From Pelagomonas calceolata (taxonomy: Eukaryota): 53,517 nt of DNA. Position 1 is the stretch's first letter. Every line of letters begins with the position of its first letter. The DNA is taken from positions 5,332,001-5,385,517 of the forward strand of contig CAKKNE010000003.1 in NCBI GenBank assembly GCA_918797485.1. Reading direction: 5' to 3'. The position numbers were made by a program, and so were the translations under genes. A model generated the notes under the pieces. The model ran no database searches. It was not told the origin of the DNA and saw nothing but the letters and a program-made list of their open reading frames with translations. Shown here in pieces: positions 1 to 11,137 of this stretch.

Positions 1-562
1 CCCGGCACGCCAACGGCCTTTCGTCGTACTTGCAATAGTCGTGACCCGCAAGTATGCCGCCCGGCCGCAACATTCGATAATACGGCTCGAGCTCCCGGGC
101 TACGTTCGCGTAGTCGTGCGCGCCGTCCAGGTAGATAAAGTCAACGGACTCCGGGGCGATGGCGTCGAGGACGGACTGGTCGAGCGAGAGCGCCTTGAAG
201 AAGCGCAATTTTGACGTGGTGCCAATGCCCCGCGATGCCCAGGACGTAGGCATCTCTTCGAGCTGGCGCCGCGGCGCGCGGCGTCCGCTCGTCGACGGCG
301 GATAGCGGGCCTGAAGCATCTTGTTCGGGAAGGGTTCGACCATGTACCACGTTTTAGGCTGGGCGTCGATCAGAAAATGTTCCGAGAATCGGCCGTCGGC
401 CACGCCCACTTCCATGGCAACGTCGTACGGACCGTCGCGCACCAGTCGGCTGAAGTAGGCGCGGGAGGGGTGCGCGCGCAGAAAGGCGATCATCTGGTCC
501 TTCGTCTCGAGCCTGGCGGCGGCGCACGCCGTCCCCAGAACGAACACCAAAAGCATCTTCAT
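1..562 (-). CDS. Class I SAM-dependent methyltransferase (Methyltransf_24-like) with signal peptide; 3' end runs off the window
   Basis: Hand translation from ATG 562 (not in the ORF track): MKMLLVFVLGTACAAA signal, MEVGVADG motif I, VDFIYLDGAHDY, LRPGGILAGHDY. Confidence 0.85.
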   Translation of the reverse strand, partial: MKMLLVFVLGTACAAARLETKDQMIAFLRAHPSRAYFSRLVRDGPYDVAMEVGVADGRFSEHFLIDAQPKTWYMVEPFPNKMLQARYPPSTSGRRAPRRQLEEMPTSWASRGIGTTSKLRFFKALSLDQSVLDAIAPESVDFIYLDGAHDYANVARELEPYYRMLRPGGILAGHDYCKYDERPLACR

Positions 563-652
563 ACAGCAACGCGCCAGCGGCGCGTTTTACGCAGGGCGCA
601 TCCTCATTCTGAGTTTTTCTTTTGCAAGCTCTGGGTCTGGGATGGGCTGCCT

Positions 653-723
653 GGTACCGCAGTATATCGTAGGTATGCAGGTACCACGGTACCGTAGGTA
701 CCGTAGGTAGCTGTGACCGTACC
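653..723. promoter_or_regulatory. GGTACC / TA-CCG-TA array ~90 bp upstream of the methyltransferase ATG
   Basis: ggtaccacggtaccgtaggtaccgtaggta; the same motif family recurs 5' of most genes. Regulatory role inferred only from position. Confidence 0.55.
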
Positions 724-1138
724 TGTATCACATTACTGAACACATGGTACATGTGCTTTTAATTCCTTCTATTGGCATGGTAGTTTGGGACTAAATACCC
801 CTATGACCGTAGAGACCAATGGGGCTAGCTTTCCCAGCCTGAGGATCATGTCACGGTCCCGTTCAAGTTCAAGTTCGACCCGTCGCGGATCGGTCACGGT
901 TATGCTCTTTTGCATGCGGTCTCGTGGCGAGCTAACTTGTTCGTTTGCTCGGGTATTTCCCTGAAGGTATGGGGTATCCCGGAACTGGTGTTGGTCGCCC
1001 GGATACGCAGGCCCGGAGGCTATCCCTAGATCCGCCGCGCCGCCGCGCCGCCGCGCCCGCCGGCGTCCGCCACGGCGTCCGGTGGGTCGACAACCCCTAC
1101 GACGATACCCCGGGCTCGCAGAGGGAGGGGGCCGCTAA

Positions 1139-1640
1139 GGGGGCGGTCTCGTAATCTGAGGTTCGAGTTCCCAGCCACTTTTCCGGTCGCGATTTTGGCT
1201 GTGGGATCCCAAAGAGCCCCTTTGTACGCCCCATGACCGGGCTGGGGGGAAGGGTCCACTTTCGCGGCGAGACGCGGTCGCGAAGTTGCCCATCTGGGGC
1301 CTAACGTGCGGGTATTTCAGAGACCTCTGGACTGAAAAATCAAAACTCGCTTCTATGCTGGTAATTTGGTCTCCCAGGGGCCCTCGGGCACCTATGGCGT
1401 GGGGCGGATGCGTAGGCGCGGCCGGGTACCCGATGGGCTGCCAGATAGGTCGCCTGACGCGGCACGAAACGCCACTGGCTCGACCTTCACAGGCCACTAA
1501 AATTTCCAAACCTAATCGTTTCGCTTACCCGTTTCGGTCACGTCCTAGAGGGGTACGTTGGGCCCCTATTCTCAATTTGCGACCGGCCAAGACGTCTAGT
1601 TATAGAGATACGGCAAATTTGGGGTTGGGTGTCCGCCCCC
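1139..1640. repeat. Dispersed repeat family C, long copy; possible MITE (GGGGGCGG..CCGCCCCC ends)
   Basis: 1152-1178 and 1460-1626 align with 8771-8971; 10-bp terminal inverted match 9/10; no clear TSD. Confidence 0.7.
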
Positions 1641-1727
1641 GTGGGCCGCTCCTCGTGCGAGTCGCTTGTTGTTTGAATAGACTGAACGGCACGTGTACTA
1701 TTACTGCGCCTTATCTTACTAGTCGCC

Positions 1728-2624
1728 CTACTTCTTGAACAGGGGGGTTCCCACCACCTTCTTCGTCTTTCTGGGCAGCTCGATCTTCGGCGCGGACGGC
1801 GCGGGCCCCGCCGCCTTCTTCGGTGCGGCGGCGGCGGCGGCCTTCTTCGGAGCGGATTTGGACTCGGCTTTCTTCGCCGCGGCTTTTTTGGGGGGCTGGG
1901 CGGCCTTCTGCTCGCCTTTGAACAACGCCTTGCCCTTGACTTTCTCGCGCTTTGGCGGAGCAGCCTTCTTGGGTGCTGGCGTCTTCTTCTGCGTCGCGGC
2001 CTTGGCGGCGATGGCCGTGGCGGCGGCGGGCGCGGCCGCGGGCACGGCGGGCGCGGCGGCCTTTTTCGCGGGCTTGGGCGACGGCGCAACGGGGTTGGCG
2101 TACTGCGTGACGCCGGTCTTGGAATTGAAATAATACGTCGCGCCGGAGCCGAGGTTCTGCACGACGTTCCAGTCGGACGTGCCGCCGCCGACGGGCAGCT
2201 TCGGGATCGCCGGGTTGGAGATGGACACGCCGACGGTGCCCGGTGACGACGCGATGCGGATATCGAGCACCTCGTCGTCGAGCGCCGGCAGCGGACCGAT
2301 CTTAGGCGTGGACACCGTGACCTTGACCTTGCCGTCCTTGGCAGAGAGCGCCGTGCCGACGAGGTCGCCCGAGACCTTGACGGTCGGCTTCGCTTTGCTC
2401 GGCGACACTCCGAAGCGGCCGAGGACCGGGAGGTCGACGACCGGCGGCGAGTTGATGTCGGTCACGTCCACCGACAAGGCTACCGCCGCGAGGGGTGACG
2501 CGACGACAGCACCAGCCAGCGCCGCGGTGGCGGCCTGCCGTTGCAACGCGGTCGGCAAGGCGCGTTGAGGCTGCGGCGCCAGCGACGCAGCGCTTGCGGC
2601 CAAGGCCAGCAATCGGGGAAGCAT
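1728..2624 (-). CDS. Putative plastid-targeted protein with a WW domain and a Lys/Ala/Pro-rich basic tail
   Basis: MLPRLLALAASAASLAP signal/transit-like start; WNVVQNLGSGATYYFNSKTGVTQYANP fits the WW pattern; KKAA-rich C-terminus; GC3-biased codons. Confidence 0.75.
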   Translation of the reverse strand: MLPRLLALAASAASLAPQPQRALPTALQRQAATAALAGAVVASPLAAVALSVDVTDINSPPVVDLPVLGRFGVSPSKAKPTVKVSGDLVGTALSAKDGKVKVTVSTPKIGPLPALDDEVLDIRIASSPGTVGVSISNPAIPKLPVGGGTSDWNVVQNLGSGATYYFNSKTGVTQYANPVAPSPKPAKKAAAPAVPAAAPAAATAIAAKAATQKKTPAPKKAAPPKREKVKGKALFKGEQKAAQPPKKAAAKKAESKSAPKKAAAAAAPKKAAGPAPSAPKIELPRKTKKVVGTPLFKK

Positions 2625-2684
2625 GTCTGAAAAAGTGAGTAAAATCTTTCGATGCAAGTGAAGTACCTGTAAGTGACCTACCTC

Positions 2685-2705
2685 GGTACCGGTACCGTAG
2701 GTACC
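2685..2705. promoter_or_regulatory. GGTACC array ~60 bp upstream of ATG 2624
   Basis: ggtaccggtaccgtaggtacc. Confidence 0.55.
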
Positions 2706-2763
2706 TAGGAAGTGAGAAAAAATACTCCCCCCATCCCTTCCACGAAGACTGCGCGGTCGCTCG

Positions 2764-5044
2764 TTACGCGCGCGTGTGGAAGGGCTGGGCGTCCGCCCGG
2801 CGCGGCGTCGTGTGCACCGACGTCGCGGGCGCCGGGCTGCCGGGCTTGGGCGGCGGCTCGGGCGCCGCCGCGAGCGGTGACGGGTCGTTGCGGGGCCCGA
2901 GCGGCGGGCGCGGCGGGGGCGGCGGCTGCGCGCGGAGGCGCGCGACGTGGTGCTTGAGGTGCTGGAGCTCCGCGCGGTGCTGGACGAGCTTGTGGACCTC
3001 GGCCTCGAGGCGCGCGTTGTGCGTCGCGAGGCCCTCGGCGTCGGCGACGGCGCCGGCGGCGCTCTTCTCGGCCGCGTGGAGCCGCGCGCGGAGCCGCGCG
3101 GCGTGGGCGTCGCGCTCCTGGAGCGCCTGGAGCAGAAACTGCGTCGGCTTCTCGGCGGTCGCGAGGCGCGCGACGGCCAGGTCCGCGCGCGCGCGGAACG
3201 CCGCCGCCTGCGCCGCGAGGCCGTCGTTCGCCCGCGCGAGCGCCTCGCCGGCGGCCTCGGCCTTCAGGAGCCGCTGGGCGAGGAGCACGGCGTGGCGGAC
3301 GCGGCGCTCGGGCCGCGAGAGGCCCGCCGCCACGGCCGCGTCGCGGAGGCCCGCGTCGGCGACGCCGGGCTCCGGCGCGCCGCCCGCGCGGAGCACCGCC
3401 GAGTCGAGCTCGAGCTCGAGCTGCTCGTAGGCGCGCACTTTGCCCGCGAGGTCGTCGACCTCGGTCTCGAGGCGGCGGCGCTCGCCGGCGACCTTCTCCT
3501 CGAGCGCGGCGTTCTCGCGCGTCGCGACCTGCGGTGGGCGCGCGGCGGTTCGGCGAGGGCGCGGCGCCCGGGCGGCGACGAGCCCTATCCCCCCCCCCCT
3601 CGTTCGCGCGGCCGCGACGGGCGACCTGCTCGCGGAGCATGGCGTTCTCGAGCCGCGCCTCGTCGCGGTCGCGCTCGGCCGCGCGGAGCCGCGTCGCGGC
3701 CGCGGCGAGCTCGTACGCCAGGACGCGCCGCTCGGCCGCGGCCTCGGCCGTCTCCGCGACCCGGCGCGCCTCGGCCTCGGCCGCCCGGCTCCGCGCGCCC
3801 GCGACCTCGGCCTCGGCCGCGACGCGCGCCTCGCGCTCGCGGCGCGCGTCCTCGACCGCGTCGGCGCGCGCCTCGCGGAGGCTGGCGGCCTCGCGCTGCT
3901 CGAAGGTCTCGCGCTCCCTCCGGAGCGCCTCGACGCGCGCGTCGGCCGCCGCCGCGACCTCGCGCGTGCGCGCCTCGAGCTTCTCGCGGAACGCGTCGCC
4001 CTCGAGCGCCAGGCGCCGCTGCAGGTCCGCGACCTGAACGCGCTTCTCCTCGACGGCCTCGTCGGCCCGGAGGCCGCGGTACTCGGCCGCGTCCGCGCGC
4101 TTCGCCTCGGCGTTGGCGACGTCGCGCTGGTGGCTCGCCTCCTGCCGCGCGAGCTCGCACGCGGCCTCGGCGTCGCGGACGCGCCGCGCGCAGTCCGCCT
4201 CGGCGGCCGCCGCCGACCGGACCGCGTCCGCCGCCTTGGCCTGGTGCGCCGCGAGCTCCGCGTTCTCGGCGACGTAGCGCGCGCGGTCCGCCTCGACGCG
4301 CGCCAGGCGCACCGACGCGGCGCGGCCGGCCTCGAGCGCCTCCGCGCGCTCCGCCTCGCGGCGCCGCGCGTGCTCGAGCTCCGCGGCGACCCGCGCCAGG
4401 TCGTCGCGCAGCAGCTGCTCGCGCTGCGCCGCGCCGTGCGCGAGGCCCTCGTGCTCGGCGCGGAGCCGCTCGTGCGCCCGCTCGGCCGCGTCGCGCCGCT
4501 TGGCCGCGTCGAGCGCCGCGCGCGCGCTTTCGAGCCGCGCGGCCTGCGTCCGCTCCGACGCCTCGACCACGCGCACCGTCGCCAGCTCGCGCAGCGTCAG
4601 CTCGTCGGCCGGCCGCGCGCGGAGTTCGTCGACGAGCGCGCGGACGGACGCGGTTGCCGCCTCGTCGCCGCCCGCGTCGACGGCGTACGCCAGGCCGTCG
4701 CGGAACCCGTCGTCGATGGCGTCGCGCCGGTCCCGCAGCGCCTCCGTCGCCCGCGCGAGCTCGACGGCCTGCGCGTCGGCCTGCCGCCGCGCCGCGTCCG
4801 CGTCGCGCCGCGCGGCCGCCAGGCGCGCGTGGTACGCCTCGCGCTCGGCCGCGCGCCGCTCGTGCGTCGCCGCGAGCTCCGACTCGAGCTGCCGCGCGAG
4901 GGGCGCCGGCTCGCCGCCGAGGTTGGAAAACGACTCGGGCAGCGACAGCGTCGGCGACGAGGCGGCGCTGCCCCCGGCGCGCGGCCGTGCGGGCGACGCG
5001 CCCAGCGCCGAGATCTCCTCGTCGTCCGAGGCCGCGCCGTCCAT
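2764..5044 (-). CDS. PIBF1: PIBF1/CEP90-like centriolar coiled-coil protein; join(5044..3626,3528..2764)
   Basis: Motifs ELRARPADELTLRELATVRVVE, RAYEQLELELDSAVL, RRVRHAVLLAQRLL and KPTQFLLQALQERD resemble PIBF1; GT-AG intron 3529-3625 joins the two ORFs in frame. Confidence 0.8.
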
Positions 5045-5157
5045 AAGTACCAGACCGCTTGGATGGAAAAGCAGGCGGGTGGGCTCTTGGGCAGCAGCCC
5101 GTTTTTGTGCGCGAGTCGTTTGCCCGATGTATTTAAAAAACACCGAGTATCCGCTGA

Positions 5158-5194
5158 TACCGTAGGTACCGCAGTACAGTACCGTAGGTACCGT
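5158..5194. promoter_or_regulatory. GGTACC array ~115 bp upstream of PIBF1 ATG
   Basis: taccgtaggtaccgcagtacagtaccgtaggtaccg. Confidence 0.55.
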
Positions 5195-5776
5195 TGGTAA
5201 CCTGCTATGATATGGCCACGTATCCTTGTATTTACGTCTATGATGCTCCGGGTATTAAACCCAGCAGCCTTTGGCAGTTATGGAGCAGGAATTTTATATT
5301 CCTAAGCTGGGATTTATTCCCATATGTATACGTCCTGTTCGACCTGTAGGGAAGCTCCTAAAATTCGACGTAATTCCTGTCTTGTATTTGCGAGGGCCAT
5401 AGACTCGAATTTTGCGCTTGAAATATGAAATTGTTTGCGATACTATCGATTGCGCTGCAAGGCAAAGAGTAGGTAACTAAGACCAGAGGTCCACCTCTCT
5501 CGTTTGCGGAGAACGCCACTTCCAATTACCCAGCGCCTGGAAATATAAGATCTAACTCCATGACGGGGCCCGAGAGGGGACTTCCTTTGCAAGTGTACTT
5601 TGAAGTTGAAGCTCGGGGCAGCATCGGGGCAGCCTCGTTTCCATAGCAAATAGCTGCCATTAGGTCCATTTTGTGGAGCGGTGCGCACCGGCTGGCCTCG
5701 ACGGCCGCCGGCGTCGCGCGAGGCGCGCGCACTACGGGCCAATAGGGGGATACCGAGTTACCCTAAGGGCTTATAG

Positions 5777-5939
5777 CAATATAGAGTGTCCTTAGACCTC
5801 TTTATTCAATATAGAGAGGGCTTAGAGAATTAATGTCAATATGGAGATTGTGTAAGAGTGCTTACATAAGCAAGGTAGTTAGGCGCGCGCTCACTCCATA
5901 TTGAAAGATATGCCAGTGGTGTAAGGCCCCTCCATACTG
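5777..5939. repeat. CAATAT(A/G)GAG motif: three direct copies at 30-bp period plus two inverted copies
   Basis: Direct at 5777, 5807, 5837; inverted CTCCATATTG at 5894 and CTCCATACTG at 5930. Confidence 0.7.
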
Positions 5940-6264
5940 ATTTATGCGGAACCTGGATTATACGGCCGTATTATTACTTCTTCGCGGTGAGCGCGTGGTC
6001 TGACTATGCTACGACGTCGTGCCCGTCGTTCTTGGGGTTCACCGTGACTAGTACTACTATAGTGGGGTGCGGCCGCGTCGGGTTTCGCGCGCAAGCGTCA
6101 CGGGGCAGCCCCGCGACGGCTCTTGCCCCACGGAACACTCTTCTAGACGTGGCACATGGGGCCGGCAAAAGCTTAAAGATGAAACTCCCTGGCCGTACCA
6201 TTCAGTACCTATTTTAAATACCGGTACATCGGGCAGCGTATTTTAAAGCGGCTTGGCGGACACC

Positions 6265-8616
6265 ATGGTCCGCCTCGAACTGGTGGAGAAAAAGGCGCAC
6301 GCGGCGATGGCGACCTGCGCGACGTGGGCGCCGACGAACGTCCTCTACAGCTGCAGCGACGACCAGACGATCCTCAAGTGGGACCAGCAGGCCGAGGTGA
6401 CGGGCAAGTGCTGCGAGCTCGACGCCTACGTCACGTCCATCGCGTGGATGCCGAGCGTGGGGCGCGGCGTCTCCGACGTCTTCGCCGTCTCGGCGTGCGA
6501 CGGGAGCTTCCGGCTCGTGACGGGGTCGGGGCGCGAGGAAAAGCGGGTGGCGGCGCACCACGGCGCCTGCCTGCGCGTGCTCTGGAACGCCGAGGGCTCC
6601 GCGCTCTACTCGGCGGGCGAGGACGGCGAAGTCAAGTGCTGGTCGAAGACGGGCCACCTCCGGTCGACGCTCGTCAAGGCCGCGCACCCGGTCTACGCGG
6701 TGGCCGACGGCCCCGGCGGCGACGCGCTGGCGTACGTCTGCGACCGCCGGATCCACGTCGCGCCGGTCGGCGACGCGAAGGCGCGCCAGGCGACGAGCTG
6801 GGTCGCGCACGACCAGGTCGCGCTGGCGCTCGACTGGAACGCGGCGAACGGGCTGCTCGTCTCGGGCGGCGAGGACTGTCGCTACAAGGTCTGGGACTCG
6901 TTCGGGCGCCAGCTCTACCAGTCGCAGCCGCACGTCCACGTCGTCACGGCCGTGCGCTGGTCGCCGAACGGCCTCTACTTCGCCGTGGGCGCCTACGACC
7001 TGCTCAAGCTCTGCGACCGCACGGGCTGGAGCTGCTCGCGCGAAAGCCCGCGGTCGGGCTCGATCATGGACATCTGCTGGACCGCCGACGGCACGCAGCT
7101 CGTCGGCGCGGGCGGCGCCGGCGCGCTCGTCTTCGCGCACGTCGTCGAGCGGAAGCACGAGTGGAAGAACTACGAGGCGACGCTAACGGGGCAGCGCTCG
7201 ATCCACGTCCGAGACGTGCTCACCGAGATCGACGAGACGCTCGACTTCAACCGCGACCGCGTCGTCGAGATGGCGCTGGGCTACGGCTACCTCGTCGTGT
7301 CGACGACGACGCAGATCTACGTCTACAACGTCGCGAACTTCAACACGCCCTACATCTTCGACTCGCCGGAGACCGTGAGCTTCATCCAGCTGGCGGAGAA
7401 GTTCTTCCTGGTGCTGACGCCCGCGGCCGTCGCGGTCTACACGTACGACGGCCGCAAGGTCTCGACCCCGCGCTTCGCCGGCCTCCGGGCGGACCGGCTC
7501 TCGGCGCCGGTGCTGAGCCTGAGCCCGGACCTCGTGGCCGTCGTCGACTCGACGGACCGCCGGACCGTGCGGCTCTGCGACGTCATGACCGGCAAGCCGC
7601 GCGAGCCCGCGGTCAAGCACACGGCCGACGTCGCCGCCGTCCAGCTGAACCAGACGCCGGCGCGGCAGACGCACGAGCGGCAGCTGCTCCTCGTCGACCG
7701 GAACGACGAGCTCTGGCTCTACCTCTGCGGCACCGCCGAGGGCCACAAGCTGCACACGCAGGTCGACAGCGCGTGCTGGAACGAGACGAGCGAGGCCCTC
7801 TGCGCCATCGCCGACGGCCGCCTGCTCGTCTGGGGCTACCCGCGCGTCGCCTTCACGGACCGCGACCTCCTGCCGGGGACGCTGACGACCAAGGACGGCG
7901 CCGAGTTCGGCCAGCTCGCGCAGGTCGCGTCGTTCCGCGGCACGAAAATCGTCGTGCGGCGCGCGGACGGCGCGCAGGTCACGGCCACGGTCGCGCCCTA
8001 CTCGGACATGCTCCACGAGTACGGGTCGCAGCACCGCTGGGACGAGGCCGTCGGCGTCTGCCGCTTCGTCGAGGACCGCGGCTGCTGGTGCGCGCTCGCG
8101 TCGATGGCGCTCGAGGCGTCGAACCTCGACGTGGCCGAGATCTCGCTCGCCGCGCTGCGCGAGGTCGACAAGCTCCAGTACATTTTGTACGTCAAGTCGA
8201 TCCCGTCGGCCGAGGCGCGGAACGCGGAGCTCGCGCTCTACAAGCGGCGCCCCGACGACGCCGAGCGAATCCTGCTGCAGGCGACGCCGCCGCTGGTCTA
8301 TCGCGCGATCAAGATGCGCATTCGCGCCTTCCAGTGGGACAAGGCGCTGGACCTCGCCGTCAAGCACCGGTCGCACGTCGACACGGTCCTGGCGTACCGG
8401 TCCAAGTACCTCGAGACGTACAAGAAGACGGAGACCGACGACCGCTTCAAGCAGCTCAACGGCTCCGTCGAGTGGAGCTGGGAGCAGGTCAAGTCCAAGA
8501 AGGACCTCGAGAAGCGCGAGGAGGCGGCGCGGTCCGGCGGGCCCCCGCCGGACAAGCTCAAGCTGCCCAGATTCGTCCCGGCGGAAGGGGGCGAGTCCAA
8601 GGACGACCACAAGTAG
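6265..8616 (+). CDS. IFT80: Intraflagellar transport protein 80 (WD40), intronless
   Basis: WD repeats and KVWDSFGRQLYQSQPHVHVVTAVRWSPNGLYFAVGAYDLLKLCDRTGWS; C-terminal WDKALDLAVKHRSHVDTVLAYR characteristic of IFT80. Confidence 0.95.
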   Translation: MVRLELVEKKAHAAMATCATWAPTNVLYSCSDDQTILKWDQQAEVTGKCCELDAYVTSIAWMPSVGRGVSDVFAVSACDGSFRLVTGSGREEKRVAAHHGACLRVLWNAEGSALYSAGEDGEVKCWSKTGHLRSTLVKAAHPVYAVADGPGGDALAYVCDRRIHVAPVGDAKARQATSWVAHDQVALALDWNAANGLLVSGGEDCRYKVWDSFGRQLYQSQPHVHVVTAVRWSPNGLYFAVGAYDLLKLCDRTGWSCSRESPRSGSIMDICWTADGTQLVGAGGAGALVFAHVVERKHEWKNYEATLTGQRSIHVRDVLTEIDETLDFNRDRVVEMALGYGYLVVSTTTQIYVYNVANFNTPYIFDSPETVSFIQLAEKFFLVLTPAAVAVYTYDGRKVSTPRFAGLRADRLSAPVLSLSPDLVAVVDSTDRRTVRLCDVMTGKPREPAVKHTADVAAVQLNQTPARQTHERQLLLVDRNDELWLYLCGTAEGHKLHTQVDSACWNETSEALCAIADGRLLVWGYPRVAFTDRDLLPGTLTTKDGAEFGQLAQVASFRGTKIVVRRADGAQVTATVAPYSDMLHEYGSQHRWDEAVGVCRFVEDRGCWCALASMALEASNLDVAEISLAALREVDKLQYILYVKSIPSAEARNAELALYKRRPDDAERILLQATPPLVYRAIKMRIRAFQWDKALDLAVKHRSHVDTVLAYRSKYLETYKKTETDDRFKQLNGSVEWSWEQVKSKKDLEKREEAARSGGPPPDKLKLPRFVPAEGGESKDDHK

Positions 8617-8770
8617 GCCCAGTGGGGGGCTAAGTTTCCGGGCGCGTCCTAGACGGCTGGCTAGACAGTCCAAACTTCTATCCAAACTCACGCCCGGGTT
8701 CGCTCCATGTCACATGGCTACGACATGTAGTACTCTTCCTAGTGCGAGCAACTTGAAGGGAGGGCTCTCC

Positions 8771-8971
8771 TAATCTGAGATTCGAGTTCCCAGCCACCTC
8801 GGCACGAAACGCCACTGGCGCGACGTTCGCAGGCCACTAAAATTTCCAAACCTAATCGTTTCGCTCGCCCGTTTCGGTACGTTCCCGAGGGGTAAGTCGC
8901 CCCCCTATTCTCCGACTCAATTTGCCGGCCTACCGAACGCCTAGTCATAGGGATACGGCAAATTTGGGGTT
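8771..8971. repeat. Dispersed repeat family C, internally deleted copy
   Basis: Matches 1152-1178 joined directly to 1460-1626 (about 280 bp missing). Confidence 0.75.
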
Positions 8972-9520
8972 CGGCGGTGATCATGATCCCCCCTGTGTGC
9001 GAGCAGTGCGTCGAGCACTAGCTCAAACATCATTGACTCGGAAACTGGGCTAAAAACAATTACTAGTGCTAGTAGCAACAGTGGCCCGCGGGGCGCTTTT
9101 CTGATAGCTCTAGCCAAAACGGAAGATAACTATACTAGTCTATAGTCTTACAGACATGAAGATCATGATGCCGGAGCCCGCACCAGATTCTCCTCCGTAT
9201 GGACCTCCGGATTAAAATCGTAAAATTCCTCCTCGCAAGTTTAAATATGTTTGTATGCAAGTGCGGCCGTGACGAAGCACTCGGGGTCCGTGTTAGAGGG
9301 ACTAGCCACAATAAGCGACTCTCCCTCTCACGCTTGATCATGTGACGTCGCCAAAGCCAGGGGCCGAGGACGTTGCGAGCGGTGCCTTTTTAGAAAAGCC
9401 GTACCGGAGCCAAGGTTTCGGTCGCAACGGGGTTCAAGTTCCACATGTTGCCTACTAGTAGAACAACAAGCAATCGTTCAAGTTGGACCTATCAGGAAGT
9501 GGGAGGCGTCGAAGATAACT

Positions 9521-10528
9521 TCAAGAAGAACCAACTAACCACGACGCATTCGCATTCGAAACGCCCTCGGGCGGCTCGTGCCGCGACAGGTCTAGCATCC
9601 AGGCGTACTGCGGGTCGACCCTGAGCGCGGCCCGGATGCAATTCGCCGCCGTCGGCGATGTCCGCTCCGCCAGCGTCCGGTCGCGATGCGACGTCCGCAT
9701 GTGCACGTTTTCCTTGACTTGGTCCCGGCACTCGCACCTCGCGCCGGCGCAGTCCGCAAGTACAGAAGTGGCCCGTTCCACGCATGTACATACCGACGAA
9801 ATGAGCTCGAGGAACGTGAACTCGATTATCGTGAATTCCTCTGCCTTCGCGGCGGCGACGCCGCGCTCCCAAATCGTCCGCTCCCACTCGAACTTTTTGA
9901 CCAATTCGCCGTCCTTTTTGCAGAAGACAGCCTTCGCATCCGCCGGCGTGCGCGTGCGCATTTCAAAACTGGATACCATGCGCGCGAGCGCGTTCTGGCG
10001 GTACTCGGCAACGACGACGCCAAAGCCTACCTCCCGCGCGGCCCGGAACAGCGCCTCGGGCGTCGCCAGACCTTGCGAATAGAGGTGGCCGGGTTTGATG
10101 TGCGAGAGCCTGCCGGGATGATCGACCTGTGAATTATCGGCAGCGCTCTCGACGCCATCGAGCTGATGCGGTCCAATTCGAAGGCGCCGTGGTTTCCTCG
10201 CGGGCGCGGGCAGCTGGCCCCGGCGGACGCACTTTTTGAGTCGGTTTCGCGTTAGCCGCTTCCCCTCCGCGTGCAAATGGTTGAATCCCTCCTTGATATT
10301 GCGGCAGTACGTGAGATGTGCGGCCTGCCGCATAGCCTCGCAGAACGTGTCCGTCGCGGAGCGGCCGTGCGCCCATAGGATGACGCCGCGGCGCGACGCG
10401 TCCTGTGCCGTCGCGTTCGAGGCGCGCTCGCGGCGATGCCACGCGCCGCGTCTCCGGTAGCGCCGGAGGTCGCCGACGCCATCGACGTTTGCAGCATGCA
10501 TGACCGCGAGCAGCGCGTAGTATCTCAT
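9521..10528 (-). CDS. Sulfotransferase-like secretory protein (Stf0-like motifs); possible in-frame GC-AG intron 10110-10214
   Basis: Signal peptide; LWAHGRSATDTF (5'-PSB-like) and YRQNALARMVSS (3'-PB-like). Confidence 0.65.
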   Translation of the reverse strand: MRYYALLAVMHAANVDGVGDLRRYRRRGAWHRRERASNATAQDASRRGVILWAHGRSATDTFCEAMRQAAHLTYCRNIKEGFNHLHAEGKRLTRNRLKKCVRRGQLPAPARKPRRLRIGPHQLDGVESAADNSQVDHPGRLSHIKPGHLYSQGLATPEALFRAAREVGFGVVVAEYRQNALARMVSSFEMRTRTPADAKAVFCKKDGELVKKFEWERTIWERGVAAAKAEEFTIIEFTFLELISSVCTCVERATSVLADCAGARCECRDQVKENVHMRTSHRDRTLAERTSPTAANCIRAALRVDPQYAWMLDLSRHEPPEGVSNANASWLVGSS

Positions 10529-10944
10529 GGCAGCCCCGACAGGCCTCTACGCTTCTGCTTTTCCGGCTTCAGGCGTACTCGTGGGCAGCCCATTAAGTAT
10601 ATATATTTTTGCACCATACTCACATCTGTCTCGCGCACAATGTCATAGCGCAAAATCTCACTAGCACTGGACGATTTTTTCCTAACTCCGCTAAAGTTAG
10701 CCTCAAAAGTGCGGAGAGAGCCGTCACGCGTGCTTGGCAGACCGCTGCAGAGCCTAGAAGACAACATGATCGGAAATTTGAAGCCTTACACCAAAAATAT
10801 AAATTCACTGCAGTCACGGTCACGGTCGTCACGGTTTTGCTGATTTACCCGGTACTCGAGACTGGTACTCGACTATTTTGCATTGTTTTTGTAGAGCTAC
10901 CCAAGGGAGCCCTGGCGCCTCTAGCCGTCCGTACGTGGCTGAAA

Positions 10945-11068
10945 GGTACCCTAGTTAGGATAGCTCAGAGTACCGCAGTACCTACCGCAGTACGGTACCG
11001 TAGGTAGGGTGGTACCAGTACCTACGGTACCGTAGGTACCGTAGGTAGATCAGCACATACCGTAGGTA
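10945..11068. promoter_or_regulatory. Long GGTACC array upstream of TIM22, in the divergent region shared with the 10528 gene
   Basis: gtaccgcagtacctaccgcagtacggtaccgtaggtag...ggtaccagtacctacggtaccgtaggtaccgtaggta. Confidence 0.55.
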
Positions 11069-11137
11069 GCACCACAAAACTAATAGCAGTCTACAGACAG
11101 CGGTTGCAAACCTACGCTAAGATGTCATTGTTTGACG

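Noticed and set aside
3529..3625. PIBF1 intron as a member of the CTGTGTGG introner family
   Set aside because: It has a GCAGGTCGC direct repeat across both junctions but no recognisable TIR; origin undetermined.
10609..11007. 132-aa ORF
   Set aside because: Non-ATG start, atypical codon use, and built partly from GTCACG and GGTACC motif runs.
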